From the NCBI GenBank assembly GCA_964441335.1, contig CAYTUI010000002.1:1-60660 (forward strand): DNA of 60,660 bases, in the 5' to 3' direction. Of the stretch, positions 60,598-60,660 are shown piece by piece (the first letter of the stretch is position 1; every line of letters begins with the position of its first letter). Both the position numbers and the translations under genes were made by a program. The notes under the pieces were generated by a model. That model did not search any database, was not told the origin of the DNA, and saw nothing but the letters and a program-made list of their open reading frames with translations. This DNA comes from an uncultured Gammaproteobacteria bacterium. GTDB taxonomy: Bacteria; Patescibacteriota; Patescibacteriia; UBA1558; 2-01-FULL-52-15.

Positions 60598-60660
60598 TGA
60601 GTTTAATTACAGTATCTGTGAGGAATTGAAAGATTTTTAAACTACTCTAAATTCTTGATC

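Overview
AT-rich, compact bacterial chromosome segment. The gene content and style suggest a Patescibacteria/CPR-like organism; this is inference only, because no rRNA is present. All homology calls come from motif recognition by eye, with no searches run. Core genes are lower glycolysis (pgk, eno, two tandem gpmI), envelope genes (uppP, ddl, mltG, uppS) and a truncated dcw block (mraZ-rsmH-ftsL-ftsI-murF). Also present are rplJ-rplL with a leader, mutM, one tRNA-Glu(CUC), an orphan histidine kinase, and an ECF sigma/anti-sigma pair next to a 1240-aa surface protein. Accessory content stands out in six ways. (1) Several GC-rich, self-contained promoter-ORF-terminator cassettes of orphan genes are wedged between core genes (about 22.7-23.7 kb, 36.1-37.8 kb, 49.2-49.5 kb). 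One is bracketed by a perfect 40-bp direct repeat. (2) A GC-elevated operon encodes a frameshifted GTP-cyclohydrolase-II-like gene, a cytidylate-kinase-like gene and a zinc-ribbon gene, behind a ~325-nt terminator-ended leader carrying four AGCCGTCGC repeats. (3) A 2365-aa SpvB/FG-GAP/RHS polymorphic toxin has unusual inserts, an unassigned C-terminal toxin and a candidate immunity gene. (4) A hydrolase / acyl-CoA ligase / alpha-oxoamine synthase operon is present. (5) Degenerate 7-nt-periodic tandem arrays are pervasive in the intergenic leaders. (6) Small GC-rich palindromic elements and structured intergenic regions have no class I could assign. No CRISPR array, integrase, transposase or rRNA was seen.
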